This document shows, one piece after another, positions 37,708 to 46,321 of a stretch of DNA of 64,000 nt. Origin of the DNA: an uncultured virus (IMG/VR IMGVR_UViG_3300031733_000001) (taxonomy: Duplodnaviria; Heunggongvirae; Uroviricota; Caudoviricetes). The translations under genes were made by a program, and so were the position numbers. Below the pieces are notes generated by a model, which ran no database searches, was not told the origin of the DNA, and saw only the letters and a program-made list of their open reading frames with translations. The stretch lies in IMG/VR virus record IMGVR_UViG_3300031733_000001; one strand, given 5' to 3'. The first letter of the stretch is position 1; the number at the start of each line of letters is the position of its first letter.

Positions 37708-40700
37708 ATGACGCTTCCGCACCCACACGGCAATGCTTCCGGCGAGATCGGGCACAACTCGATCTACGACACCGGAGTGACCCCTGGATCTACCGGTGGC
37801 AAGTTCATCGGATTCGGTGAGGAGGGGACTAGCTCTGTTGGAAACCGGGCTCACTGGGCGCTCTCCGAGAACATCGACTACGTCTACCAGATCTTGGCGT
37901 CAGACATGGCCCTGCCCGCCGGCGCGTCGTTTACGGCGATCAACCAGGGCGGGGGCGGCCAGCTCAAGTACCAGATCGCGGACGACGTGTGGGTGGGCGA
38001 CGCCACCTATCCAGGCTCGGCAGGCACGTCCGACCCGGAGGGCATGCTCATGCTCTTCGCGGTCCTGGACGATCAGTACAACGAGCTGACAGACGGGAGC
38101 GGCAACGAGGTCCGGGTGAAGTTGGTCCGGGACTCCACCGAGGTCAACGACGTCTACCAGGGCGGCAGCCCGTTCATCGACAACTTCATCACCAACCCCT
38201 ACGTCTACTTCCACACCGTGGACCCGAGCACCGGCGCGGAGGTCGACGCGTCCTACGACATCCCCACCGGCACGGCCGTGCGTATCCTCTACCCCAAGAA
38301 GGGGAACATGGAGAACCTGCCGGCGGACGCCTTCACGCGCTACAAGGTGCAGTCGGCGACCGAGGTGGAGGCCGGAGCCTTCCTGCAGGATGGTTCCAAG
38401 AAGATGACGGGGGATGCGGACTGGGACAGTCACAGCATCCACAACGTGATCGAGATCCGTGGAGTCAGCGGGTTCGATCTGTCGCTGACAGGCATCAACG
38501 ATGACGTGTGGCTGGTAGCCGACTCCGCAAACGTCATCTTTCGGGACCAGAACACCAGTCCGGGCGGTGTCAAGTTCAGCCAGACGGGGGAGGGAGCGCC
38601 CTACAACCCGACCGGGTCCTACAACAACAGCGTGCTCGGGGCTCTGAACAGTCAGATCAAGGGCTCGGAGATCTTGCGCGGGAACCGCGCCCTCAACAGG
38701 ACAGGTGCGTTCAGCTCCAGCACCGTGGGCCCAAGCCTGAACTACCCGACCCTGGACATGCTGGTGAACGGCGAGACCATCCAGGTCGCCGCCGGCAACG
38801 TCGACCTGTCCTTCGTCGGCACTGGCAACGTCTACGTCTTCTACAACCCGGGGGCCGATGCGGTGCAGGGCCTGCAGACCTTCTTCCCCAGCTCACTGCC
38901 TACCGGGGCCGTCATGCTGTGGAAGGGGTACTGGAGCGGCTCCGCCTGGTCCAGCGAGTACGATCTCCGCTGGCCGTCGAATCGTCAGGGAACGCATGAG
39001 GCGTGGTTCGTGGGCGACGGCGTCGGCGCCGACTTCTCGGACATCAACCTGCTGGCCATTGTCCTGAACCAGGGACTGGACCAGGTTGGTGCGGAGGACC
39101 TCCACAAGTCTCACGAGATCGTGGTGTGCGGGGAGGCTGCGGTCACCTCCACCTTCAACCTCCCGACGGGGTGGACCCTCCGCGGACTGGCCACCAAGGG
39201 GTCTGGTGACAAGATCAAGACGGATGTCGCCTTCACTGCGGCCAGCAATGTCATCTCTACTGGCCAGGACTGCACGGTGAAGGACCTGGAGATCGAATGG
39301 GCGCAGACGTCTGCCCATCAGTCCTCCACCTATGCGGCGATCTACGCGGGGATGAGCAGCATCGTCGAGAATATCAAGTTCACCGACGGCAGCTTCAGCT
39401 TCAGGACGTGTGTCTGGTCCGGGGGCAATGTCAGGATCCGCAACTGCGACATGAGCTTCTGCTCGTATCGGGGGTACGGGATCGAAACGGGTGGCTATGA
39501 CCGCATCACGGACTGCCTGCTCGGGCCGTTCAGTACGGCAGCTGTCGGCTGTGTCCACTTCGGCAATGCGGGCAACGTGCTCGACGGGGGCACGGTCTCG
39601 TTCACTGGGCCCTCGAGCCGGTTCTTCTACGTGGGGGGCATCGCCAACTCGATCCGAAATGTCGTGGGCGTGCATTTCGGGTTGGGTCCTGCCCCCTTCA
39701 TCCAGCTCTACGACAGTGGGGGTGGTGGTGTGGCGGTCACGGTAGAGAACTGCAGCGTGGTGAACGGGTACCGCTTCATCAGCTCGGCGCTCAACAATGC
39801 CTCGTTGGTGGTTCAGGTCCGCGCCAGCGGCAACTTGATCCAGGACATGGCCAGTACGGTCTTCGACTTCAACAACACGGCCGTGGGCACGGAGTCGGCT
39901 TTCATCATCAAGGACAACCTCATCGATGGCACCGTCGCTGGCTACGTGCTCTACGCCAACTACTGCGGTTGGGCGGAGTTCTGCGGCAACATGGTCGTCA
40001 ACAACACTGCGTCCGGTGTACGTATTTTGCCCGGCACCGGGGCACTGATCGACGGGAACTACGTCGAGGGGTATGGCTCCGGCAATGCCGTCCGCATGAG
40101 CGGAGACCCAAGTACTGTCTGCAACAACATCATCAGCGATGTTGGTGCACCCGTCAGCATACAGGTGAGTGCGGAAAGCTTCGGCAACAAGATCGTCAAC
40201 AACTACCTACAGGGCGGCGCCAACGGGGAGACGGGGATCGCGATCAACCAAGCGATGTGCACCGTACAGAGCAATATACTCTCGGGCCATGGTCGTCGCG
40301 GAGTGTGGGTGCATGGTGACGGAAACGGTGCGAAGGTCGACGGCAACGTCTTCTACGATGTGGGTGCCAAAACCGATACCTATGGGACAGTGGGACCGTG
40401 GATCATCGCCGAGGCGGTGGTCTTCCTGGAGTCCAACATCTCAACGCTGCTTCAGATCTCCGTCTCGAACAACCACTTCACCGGCTGCTACGCGCGCGGG
40501 ATTGTCACCGGTCCTCGTACCGGGACTCCGGGGGTGCGTGGCCTGGTCATCGACGGCAACGTCTTCTACGATTGTTTCGGCGGCTACATGTGGAACAACG
40601 GTGGGGTAGGAGATCTGACCGAGGAGGGGATGATCCGCGTGGAGAATGGTAGCGGGGCAGCTACCGGCAACGTCATCTCCAACAACAGCATCGTCCATTG

Positions 40701-41307
40701 TGGGCATGGGTCGTGGTGGGCAGCCACCACGAAATACTGGGTCGGTATCCATGCTGGGGCCAACGTCGCGGTTGTTGCCAACAACAACATCGACAACATG
40801 GTTGGTGGGCACGACCCCAGCTACGTCACAGAGGGCGTGGCCGGCATCGATGTCACAGAGCTCGCGGTCGTCACGGGCAACGTCATCCTCAAGTCGGTGT
40901 GGACCGAGGCAGCGTACAACTACGACGGCATCGTCGTCACGGGTACCGGGTTCGGGATCGTATCCAACAACCTCGTTTACACGGATGGGACCGCTCCCTT
41001 CTCCATGGGTGGGAATCGCGCCTTCCTCTTCGGCAGCAATACCCTGATCAACTGCATCGGCAACTTCGTTCTGGGGGACGTTGTCAACTACGCCACCTTC
41101 AACTATGCGTACAACACCTCCAGGAGCGGTGCTACGGCTGGCATAGAGATCGGGAATTACGCCTGGTCCGGCACCTGCTCGATGGGCGGCACCAACATCC
41201 TGGTGATGGGGAACATCCTGGATGACCTCGTTTACGGTCTCACAATCACCGGGTTGCCGACAGCCTACACCGCCAGCCCAGTCGCTGACTGGAACTTCAA
41301 GATCTAG
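37708..41307 (+). CDS. tailspike with right-handed parallel beta-helix (pectate-lyase-like)
   Basis: Long Asn/Gly-rich ladder (I.GN.I, V.NN.I) over the C-terminal ~700 aa; FLQDGSKKMTGD linker. Confidence 0.8.
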   Translation: MTLPHPHGNASGEIGHNSIYDTGVTPGSTGGKFIGFGEEGTSSVGNRAHWALSENIDYVYQILASDMALPAGASFTAINQGGGGQLKYQIADDVWVGDATYPGSAGTSDPEGMLMLFAVLDDQYNELTDGSGNEVRVKLVRDSTEVNDVYQGGSPFIDNFITNPYVYFHTVDPSTGAEVDASYDIPTGTAVRILYPKKGNMENLPADAFTRYKVQSATEVEAGAFLQDGSKKMTGDADWDSHSIHNVIEIRGVSGFDLSLTGINDDVWLVADSANVIFRDQNTSPGGVKFSQTGEGAPYNPTGSYNNSVLGALNSQIKGSEILRGNRALNRTGAFSSSTVGPSLNYPTLDMLVNGETIQVAAGNVDLSFVGTGNVYVFYNPGADAVQGLQTFFPSSLPTGAVMLWKGYWSGSAWSSEYDLRWPSNRQGTHEAWFVGDGVGADFSDINLLAIVLNQGLDQVGAEDLHKSHEIVVCGEAAVTSTFNLPTGWTLRGLATKGSGDKIKTDVAFTAASNVISTGQDCTVKDLEIEWAQTSAHQSSTYAAIYAGMSSIVENIKFTDGSFSFRTCVWSGGNVRIRNCDMSFCSYRGYGIETGGYDRITDCLLGPFSTAAVGCVHFGNAGNVLDGGTVSFTGPSSRFFYVGGIANSIRNVVGVHFGLGPAPFIQLYDSGGGGVAVTVENCSVVNGYRFISSALNNASLVVQVRASGNLIQDMASTVFDFNNTAVGTESAFIIKDNLIDGTVAGYVLYANYCGWAEFCGNMVVNNTASGVRILPGTGALIDGNYVEGYGSGNAVRMSGDPSTVCNNIISDVGAPVSIQVSAESFGNKIVNNYLQGGANGETGIAINQAMCTVQSNILSGHGRRGVWVHGDGNGAKVDGNVFYDVGAKTDTYGTVGPWIIAEAVVFLESNISTLLQISVSNNHFTGCYARGIVTGPRTGTPGVRGLVIDGNVFYDCFGGYMWNNGGVGDLTEEGMIRVENGSGAATGNVISNNSIVHCGHGSWWAATTKYWVGIHAGANVAVVANNNIDNMVGGHDPSYVTEGVAGIDVTELAVVTGNVILKSVWTEAAYNYDGIVVTGTGFGIVSNNLVYTDGTAPFSMGGNRAFLFGSNTLINCIGNFVLGDVVNYATFNYAYNTSRSGATAGIEIGNYAWSGTCSMGGTNILVMGNILDDLVYGLTITGLPTAYTASPVADWNFKI

Positions 41308-41316
41308 GAAGGCAAG

Positions 41317-41682
41317 ATGGACAAGATCACGTCGATCATGGCGAGCTGGGAGGCTTTCCTCCTGGCGTTCGCGGCGTTCGCCGTCATCGGCGTGCTGCGC
41401 CAGGTGGGGACCCGCAAGGACAAGAAGGGCAACGTCACGGGCGGGTGGGCGCAGAGCAGGCCCTTCAAGATGCTCCTCCCGGTCTACCCCTACGTGCTGA
41501 CGGTCGGGGCGGTGTTCATCCCAGGGATCCCCATCCCGGAGAAGGTGGGGGTGGCAATCGGGGCCAAGATCTTGTTCGCTCTCTGGTGCGGCTGGCTCTC
41601 GGACAAGGCGTTCGAGATCGTCAAGCGGGTGCTGGAGAAGGGCTTCAACATGAAGTTCGGTGCCGACAAGAACGGGAAATGA
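41317..41682 (+). CDS. holin-like multi-TM membrane protein
   Basis: About 3 hydrophobic segments, basic C-terminus; follows the tailspike. Confidence 0.55.
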   Translation: MDKITSIMASWEAFLLAFAAFAVIGVLRQVGTRKDKKGNVTGGWAQSRPFKMLLPVYPYVLTVGAVFIPGIPIPEKVGVAIGAKILFALWCGWLSDKAFEIVKRVLEKGFNMKFGADKNGK

Positions 41683-41768
41683 CCAAGCTTGCCGCCATTC
41701 GTTTCTACTACTTCCTGGACGAGATGGAGAAGATCGCCCAGGAGACGGCCAACCCGCAGGCGGCGTGA
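41679..41768 (+). CDS. 29-aa micropeptide MTKLAAIRFYYFLDEMEKIAQETANPQAA
   Basis: ATGA overlap with the upstream stop; carries the shared signature at 41709-41738. Not called separately in the ORF track. Confidence 0.65.
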   Translation: MTKLAAIRFYYFLDEMEKIAQETANPQAA

Positions 41769-41778
41769 GGTGTCACTG

Positions 41779-42102
41779 ATGAAGAAGGTCTGGGCCTGGC
41801 TAAAGAAGAACTGGAAGTGGCTGCTGCTGCCCTTCTGGATCTTGTCGCTCGTCCTGGTGTGGTTCCTCAGCGGGGGCCGCAAGACCTTCTTCCCGCCCTC
41901 CGGTACCACGGACGAGGCTGCTGACCAGGTCGTGGCCGAGAAGGACGCTGCCCTGGCTGAGTTCCGGGCGAAGCTGGACGAGCTGTACCGCAGGACCGAA
42001 GAGCGGATGCAGTCTGCCTCCGAGGAGCAGGTGAAGGAGCTCAAGGAGCTGAAGGACAAGCCACTAGACGAGGTAGCCAAATGGATCGACTCGCTGTCAT
42101 AG
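41779..42102 (+). CDS. i-spanin-like protein (N-terminal TM plus coiled coil)
   Basis: GAGGTG RBS; MKKVWAWLKKNWKWLLL TM followed by a helical domain. Confidence 0.55.
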   Translation: MKKVWAWLKKNWKWLLLPFWILSLVLVWFLSGGRKTFFPPSGTTDEAADQVVAEKDAALAEFRAKLDELYRRTEERMQSASEEQVKELKELKDKPLDEVAKWIDSLS

Positions 42103-42875
42103 AAGAGTTCGCCAAGCTCGGTGGTTACATGAGCCGGGAGCGGAGGGAGAGCTTGCCCTCCAAGGCCTTCGCTGTGCCGGAGAGCAAGGCGAAGAAGATC
42201 GGAGTGGGCGGGGAGATCCAGGGCGAGGCCAAGGGAAAATACCCCGTCCCAGACGAGAAGCATGCCCGCAACGCGCTGGCCCGCGTGTCGCAGCACGGCA
42301 CCCCGGCCGAGCGGGAGGCGGTGCGGAACAAGGTCTACTCGAAGTACCCCGGCCTGCGTGAGGGCTTCGAGGAGCGCCACGGCGAGAGTCCCACCTCGAA
42401 GAAGAACGTCAAGAAGGTGGAGCAGGGTGGCATCGGCAAGGGTGGGTGCATGGGCACGAAGATGGCCATGCTCTCTGCGTTCTACGACGAGCTGGAGAAG
42501 GTCGGGGCCGCTGGCCTCACTCCGGAGGAGTTGGAGAAGTTCGCCGGGGTATTCGAGCGTCTCGGTCTGCTCACCCAGCGTGGTGCTGGGCGGGCTGGTG
42601 GTGCACTGAAGCGGGGGTACGAGAGTGCCCAGGTCGGCGTGGGCAACATCATGTCCGGGCACCACGGCCACGGGATCGAACACGCGATGCAGAAGATCCC
42701 CACCGGTTCGCCCAGCAAGATGCTCATGGCCTACGCCGGAGACCCACACGTTCAGAAGGCGGTAGCCGGTCACGTGTCCAGAGGCGCTCAGGCTGTCGGC
42801 CGTGGGGCGCAGCGGATGGGGCGTAAGATCCGTGAGGCCGTCACGCCGGCCCCGCAGCCAGCATTCGCGAGGTAG
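42081..42875 (+). CDS. DUF6582-like domain protein with AFYDELEKVG signature
   Basis: LPSKAFAVP...KYPVPDEKHARNALARV; signature at 42477-42506. Confidence 0.7.
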   Translation: MDRLAVIEEFAKLGGYMSRERRESLPSKAFAVPESKAKKIGVGGEIQGEAKGKYPVPDEKHARNALARVSQHGTPAEREAVRNKVYSKYPGLREGFEERHGESPTSKKNVKKVEQGGIGKGGCMGTKMAMLSAFYDELEKVGAAGLTPEELEKFAGVFERLGLLTQRGAGRAGGALKRGYESAQVGVGNIMSGHHGHGIEHAMQKIPTGSPSKMLMAYAGDPHVQKAVAGHVSRGAQAVGRGAQRMGRKIREAVTPAPQPAFAR

Positions 42876-42877
42876 TC

Positions 42878-43174
42878 ATGGCGGCGAAGGTCTTCTACTT
42901 GGTCAGGTTCGAGGACCCCACCGGGACATCCGGTGAGGGCATCGTGGCTGAGGGCATCCAGTTCTCCCAGGGCGATGCGATGGTCAAGTGGAAGGGGGAC
43001 TACCCGTGCTTCCACTGGTGGCCCAAGGGCTGGCAGCACACCAGTTTGATCCACGGCCACGGAGGGAAGAGCAAGGTCGTCTGGGCTGATGATGACGGCC
43101 CGCCTCCGGAAGCGCCGGGGATCGACATCGCCGAGGACCTCACACCGGAACCCGATGATGCTGAAGAGAGCTGA
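42878..43174 (+). CDS. conserved phage hypothetical protein
   Basis: F.L.R.ED.TG.SG.G.VAEG..F..G....W...HGH.G pattern recalled from many phage genomes. Confidence 0.7.
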   Translation: MAAKVFYLVRFEDPTGTSGEGIVAEGIQFSQGDAMVKWKGDYPCFHWWPKGWQHTSLIHGHGGKSKVVWADDDGPPPEAPGIDIAEDLTPEPDDAEES

Positions 43175-44060
43175 ACCACCACCTCCAGAAGGGTGGACCG
43201 CCAAGGAGTGGGACAAGCACCTGAACCGGAAGGAGAAGAAGGGCTTCTACGGGACCCTCTACCCCAACGCCGGAGAGAAGCTGTCCGAGTTCGACGATAC
43301 GATCTTCAGCGAGGACCCGACACGCATGATGCCCAGGCTCCGGCAGATCCACAAGCTGGGCTACACGCTCCAGGGACACGACGATGTCCAGGGGCTCCGC
43401 GTCGCCATCGAGAACCGCAAGGGATCTGTCCGCAAGGGGACCGATTCTGACGGCAACGAGTGGCGTACCAAGATGAAGTACCCCTACGGCTACCTAGTTG
43501 GTACCAAAGGTGCGGATGGGGAGCCTGTGGATTGCTACGTCGGTCCGGACAAGGAGGCACCGGCCGCCTTCGTGGTCCATCAGCACAAGGACACTGGGAA
43601 GGGCTACGACGAGGACAAGGTCATGCTCGGCTTCCCGTCCAAGAAGGCGGCGAAGGAGGCGTATCTCATGCACTATGATGACCCCAAGTTCTTGGGACCA
43701 ATGGCGAAAGTCTCCATGGACCGCCTCCGGGAGCTGGTAGCCAGCAAGAAGAGGCTGGTCAAGATCTCCCACGTCCAGGGGCAGGCTCTGATGGAAGAGC
43801 TGATGGCCATCCAGAAGACCGCCCAAGGCACCCCTGACGTCGTCAGGCAGCGCGAGAGGGGTAAGCTGATACGGAAGGCCGGTCCGGGCATCGGGGGCCT
43901 CCTGGGGGCCGGTGTGGGTGCTCTGGTGGGCGCTCGGAGGGGCCAGCTGCTGAAGGGCACCATCGCCGGCCTGGGGACTGGAGCCACCCTGGGGTGGGTG
44001 CCCGACATGTACCACAGCGCCCGAGAGGCCATCCATCGGTACAGGAGCAAGGTCCAATGA
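43155..44060 (+). CDS. InPase (inorganic pyrophosphatase-like polyvalent-protein domain) plus glycine zipper
   Basis: GLRVAIEN.KGS.R.G....G.EW...M..PYGY..GT.GADG..VD.YVGP...FVV.Q......YDEDKVMLGF....A..AY..HY. Start position approximate. Confidence 0.8.
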   Translation: MMLKRAEPPPPEGWTAKEWDKHLNRKEKKGFYGTLYPNAGEKLSEFDDTIFSEDPTRMMPRLRQIHKLGYTLQGHDDVQGLRVAIENRKGSVRKGTDSDGNEWRTKMKYPYGYLVGTKGADGEPVDCYVGPDKEAPAAFVVHQHKDTGKGYDEDKVMLGFPSKKAAKEAYLMHYDDPKFLGPMAKVSMDRLRELVASKKRLVKISHVQGQALMEELMAIQKTAQGTPDVVRQRERGKLIRKAGPGIGGLLGAGVGALVGARRGQLLKGTIAGLGTGATLGWVPDMYHSAREAIHRYRSKVQ

Positions 44061-44575
44061 AGTTCATCCACATTCTGTTAGTCTTGGCTATCTGGCTCTG
44101 GCCGGCGGCGGGGCAGAGCCAGTGCGTCAAGCAGATCTACACGGACCCGAAGGTGGAGCCGAACTACGACTGTCCCGGCCCGGGGGAGGATGCTCTGGTG
44201 CCGCGGCTCGAGCTCAAGACCTCGGTGGAGCTGAAGGTGAAGCAGCCTGCTCCCTGGGACGGCATCCTGATGGGGAAGAACCGGGTACTGACCCTGGGCC
44301 TCCGCATCAAGGCGCTCCGACGGATCCGCTGGCAGGAGACGGTCGGCTTCAAGGAGCGGCTGGAGGCAGAGAAGAAGTTGGACGCCTCCATGTACCAGGC
44401 CACGATCAACCTACGCACCAGCCAGCGTGACAACTACAAAAACCAGGTCGTGGAGGCCCGAAAAGAGATCGATCGGCTATCGAAATGGTACCGCTCCCCC
44501 ACGTTCTGGTTCGCCACCGGCTTCATCACGGCCGCAGCTGGCGCTACGGCCCTCGCCTTCGGGTTGAGGGACTAA
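44057..44575 (+). CDS. exported coiled-coil protein with C-terminal TM (spanin-like candidate)
   Basis: N-terminal signal-like segment, coiled coil, WYRSPTFWFATG TM anchor. Confidence 0.55.
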   Translation: MKFIHILLVLAIWLWPAAGQSQCVKQIYTDPKVEPNYDCPGPGEDALVPRLELKTSVELKVKQPAPWDGILMGKNRVLTLGLRIKALRRIRWQETVGFKERLEAEKKLDASMYQATINLRTSQRDNYKNQVVEARKEIDRLSKWYRSPTFWFATGFITAAAGATALAFGLRD

Positions 44576-44577
44576 GG

Positions 44578-44594
44578 AAAGGCCCGAAGGCCCC
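44578..44594 (-). terminator. hairpin terminator at the convergent junction
   Basis: Minus strand GGGGCC-TTCG-GGCCTTT (cUUCGg tetraloop) right after the stop at 44594. Confidence 0.6.
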
Positions 44595-44800
44595 TAGAGG
44601 GAGGCGGACAGGAGGAGGTCGATGGCCTCCTCCTTGTCCTGGACAGCCTCGGGATCTACATCGATCACCACGTTGGCGATCAGATCCCTCAGCTCAGGCA
44701 GGGACAACGAGTGCAGTGTCTCGTCGTCTATGGTGAGCAAGTCGCCCGGGAGCGGGGGCAGGGGGAGCCGCGGGTCGCGGTCCCCTACTCCTCGTTTCCC
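44594..44800 (-). CDS. -1 frame extension of 44785..45297 (HeH/Rho-N-like C-terminal domain)
   Basis: No ATG or RBS of its own; entered through G GGA AAC (44794-44800); encodes LHSLSLPELRDLI...KEEAIDLLL. Confidence 0.6.
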   Translation of the reverse strand, partial: GKRGVGDRDPRLPLPPLPGDLLTIDDETLHSLSLPELRDLIANVVIDVDPEAVQDKEEAIDLLLSASL

Positions 44801-45297
44801 TGGGCCTCCCACTCTTCGTCGAGCTCCTTGAGGCGGTCGTCCAGCGCGTCCGGCTCGTCAACCGCCTTGTAGATGTCGGTCGCCAGGCCGAACAGGATGA
44901 ACTGCTGCCGCTGGATCTCCACCTGGTTCTCGAGGACACCCTCGAGCAGCTCCTTGACCTCGGTGTGGTTCTCGTCCACGCCTTTACCCACCGCCTCGAC
45001 GAGACCGGAGAGGTCCCCGCTGGTGGCCGGAGCGTCATCCTCCTTCGGGGCGCGCTTGCCACGCCCGGAGGTGGTCTTGCTCCCGCCCTTGCCCGAGCGG
45101 GAGCGGGTCTGCTTCGGCGGCTCGCCGTTGCCTCCGCCGCCCTCCTGCGCATCCATGATGCGCCCGATGAGATCGGCGCTCTTGGAGTTGGATGCCTCCT
45201 TGTTGTCGATTCCCAGGACCTCCCGGGCGGCCCGCCGGAGCAGGACCCGAGACATCCCCTTCAGCTCTTTCTCGGTGTAGGTTGTCGTGTCAGACAT
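44785..45297 (-). CDS. Rho-N/HeH-like domain plus coiled-coil protein
   Basis: AAGGAAGAG RBS before ATG 45297; ELKGMSRVLLRRAAREVLGI...KSADLIGRI. Confidence 0.7.
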   Translation of the reverse strand: MSDTTTYTEKELKGMSRVLLRRAAREVLGIDNKEASNSKSADLIGRIMDAQEGGGGNGEPPKQTRSRSGKGGSKTTSGRGKRAPKEDDAPATSGDLSGLVEAVGKGVDENHTEVKELLEGVLENQVEIQRQQFILFGLATDIYKAVDEPDALDDRLKELDEEWEAQGNEE

Positions 45298-45535
45298 GTC
45301 TCTTCCTTCGTCTAGGTTTCGGCCGGGCACTGCGTTTCTTTGTGGCTGGGATCTCGTACCGCAGTGCCCACGGCCCGAGATCCCGCGTGATCACGTGTCG
45401 AGCTGCCAGCTCTTCCACGTCGGCTTGTTTGTACAGCGAGCAGCTGTAGTGGTCGATGATCTTCTGCTCGGTCACCTCCTTGCAGTCTGAGAGGTGTTTG
45501 CACCACGAGCACTCCGGTTCGAGCGGTTTCGTCAT
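45290..45535 (-). CDS. small Cys-rich hypothetical protein
   Basis: CSWC...C...C; coupled overlaps at both ends. Confidence 0.6.
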   Translation of the reverse strand: MTKPLEPECSWCKHLSDCKEVTEQKIIDHYSCSLYKQADVEELAARHVITRDLGPWALRYEIPATKKRSARPKPRRRKRHV

Positions 45536-45870
45536 CCCCCACCGTTCTTCACCTTCTCCAGCAGGTGAGGTTCACATTCCTCTACCGCACAGGCGACAGC
45601 GCGTCCGGCAGGACAGTCCCAGCAGGCGTAGTTCTCGTCAGAGCACTTCAGCTGGTGGTAGACCTCCGGCCACTCCTCCTTCATCCGCATCATGCCCTCA
45701 CGCTCGTCGTCTGCTGGGTCGGCGGAGAAATCGGAAGCTTCCTTCCGTCCCTCCAGCAGGTCGATCAGACCCTCCCGACCGATCCCCCGATGCGCCGACA
45801 GTGCCCCGTTCTGGCGGGCTAGCTCCGCCAGCTCGGTGAGATTCAGATCTGCGTAGTTGTAGCGAGTCAT
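45532..45870 (-). CDS. HeH-like plus Cys-cluster hypothetical protein
   Basis: AAGGAGG RBS; LNLTELAELARQNG...REGLIDLL; C...CWDC...C. Confidence 0.7.
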   Translation of the reverse strand: MTRYNYADLNLTELAELARQNGALSAHRGIGREGLIDLLEGRKEASDFSADPADDEREGMMRMKEEWPEVYHQLKCSDENYACWDCPAGRAVACAVEECEPHLLEKVKNGGG

Positions 45871-46321
45871 AGTCCTCCTTTGTCAGTCCCACCTCCTCTT
45901 CAGGGACTCTCCGCAGGATGACGTAGAGTCCAGGGTTGTCGGGGTCGCAGTGTTTCTCCAGGATGATGCGGAAGTTGTGACGGTCATCCACGCCTACTCC
46001 ATCCGCAGCGGTGTCTTCGATCAGCTTGACCCGATTGGTAGTGTCCACCTTCTTGTAGCGGCGCTCTGCTTTGCCGGGCCAGCCCTTGTTGTAGATCTTC
46101 TCGAAGAAGACCGCGATCGTGAGCACGTATGGCACGTCCTCCTTCAGGTTCAGGAGAGCCCCCCGGCCCTCCTTCTGGATGACCTTCATAGCCCGGATCT
46201 TGAACTTCCGGGCTTCCTGGGTCAGCCGCTTGCCGCGAGGCTTCCCCTGTACCCACACCGGCTCGTAGATCTTGTTCGAGCTGGGAGGCAGGAACGGTAT
46301 CCACACCCTGAGATCGCTCAT
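45698..46321 (-). CDS. rusA: RusA-like Holliday junction resolvase
   Basis: PPSSNKIY, DTTNRVKLIED, DDR motifs. Confidence 0.8.
   Translation of the reverse strand: MSDLRVWIPFLPPSSNKIYEPVWVQGKPRGKRLTQEARKFKIRAMKVIQKEGRGALLNLKEDVPYVLTIAVFFEKIYNKGWPGKAERRYKKVDTTNRVKLIEDTAADGVGVDDRHNFRIILEKHCDPDNPGLYVILRRVPEEEVGLTKEDYDSLQLRRSESHRAGGASPPERGTVGASGDRSGGSDRPAGGTEGSFRFLRRPSRRRA

Noticed and set aside
44594..45297. Frameshifted gene as a tail assembly chaperone or pseudogene
   Set aside because: It lies at the end of the DNA-metabolism arm, not between tail tube and tape measure. The slippery site plus hairpin argues against random decay, though a chaperone role is not formally excluded.
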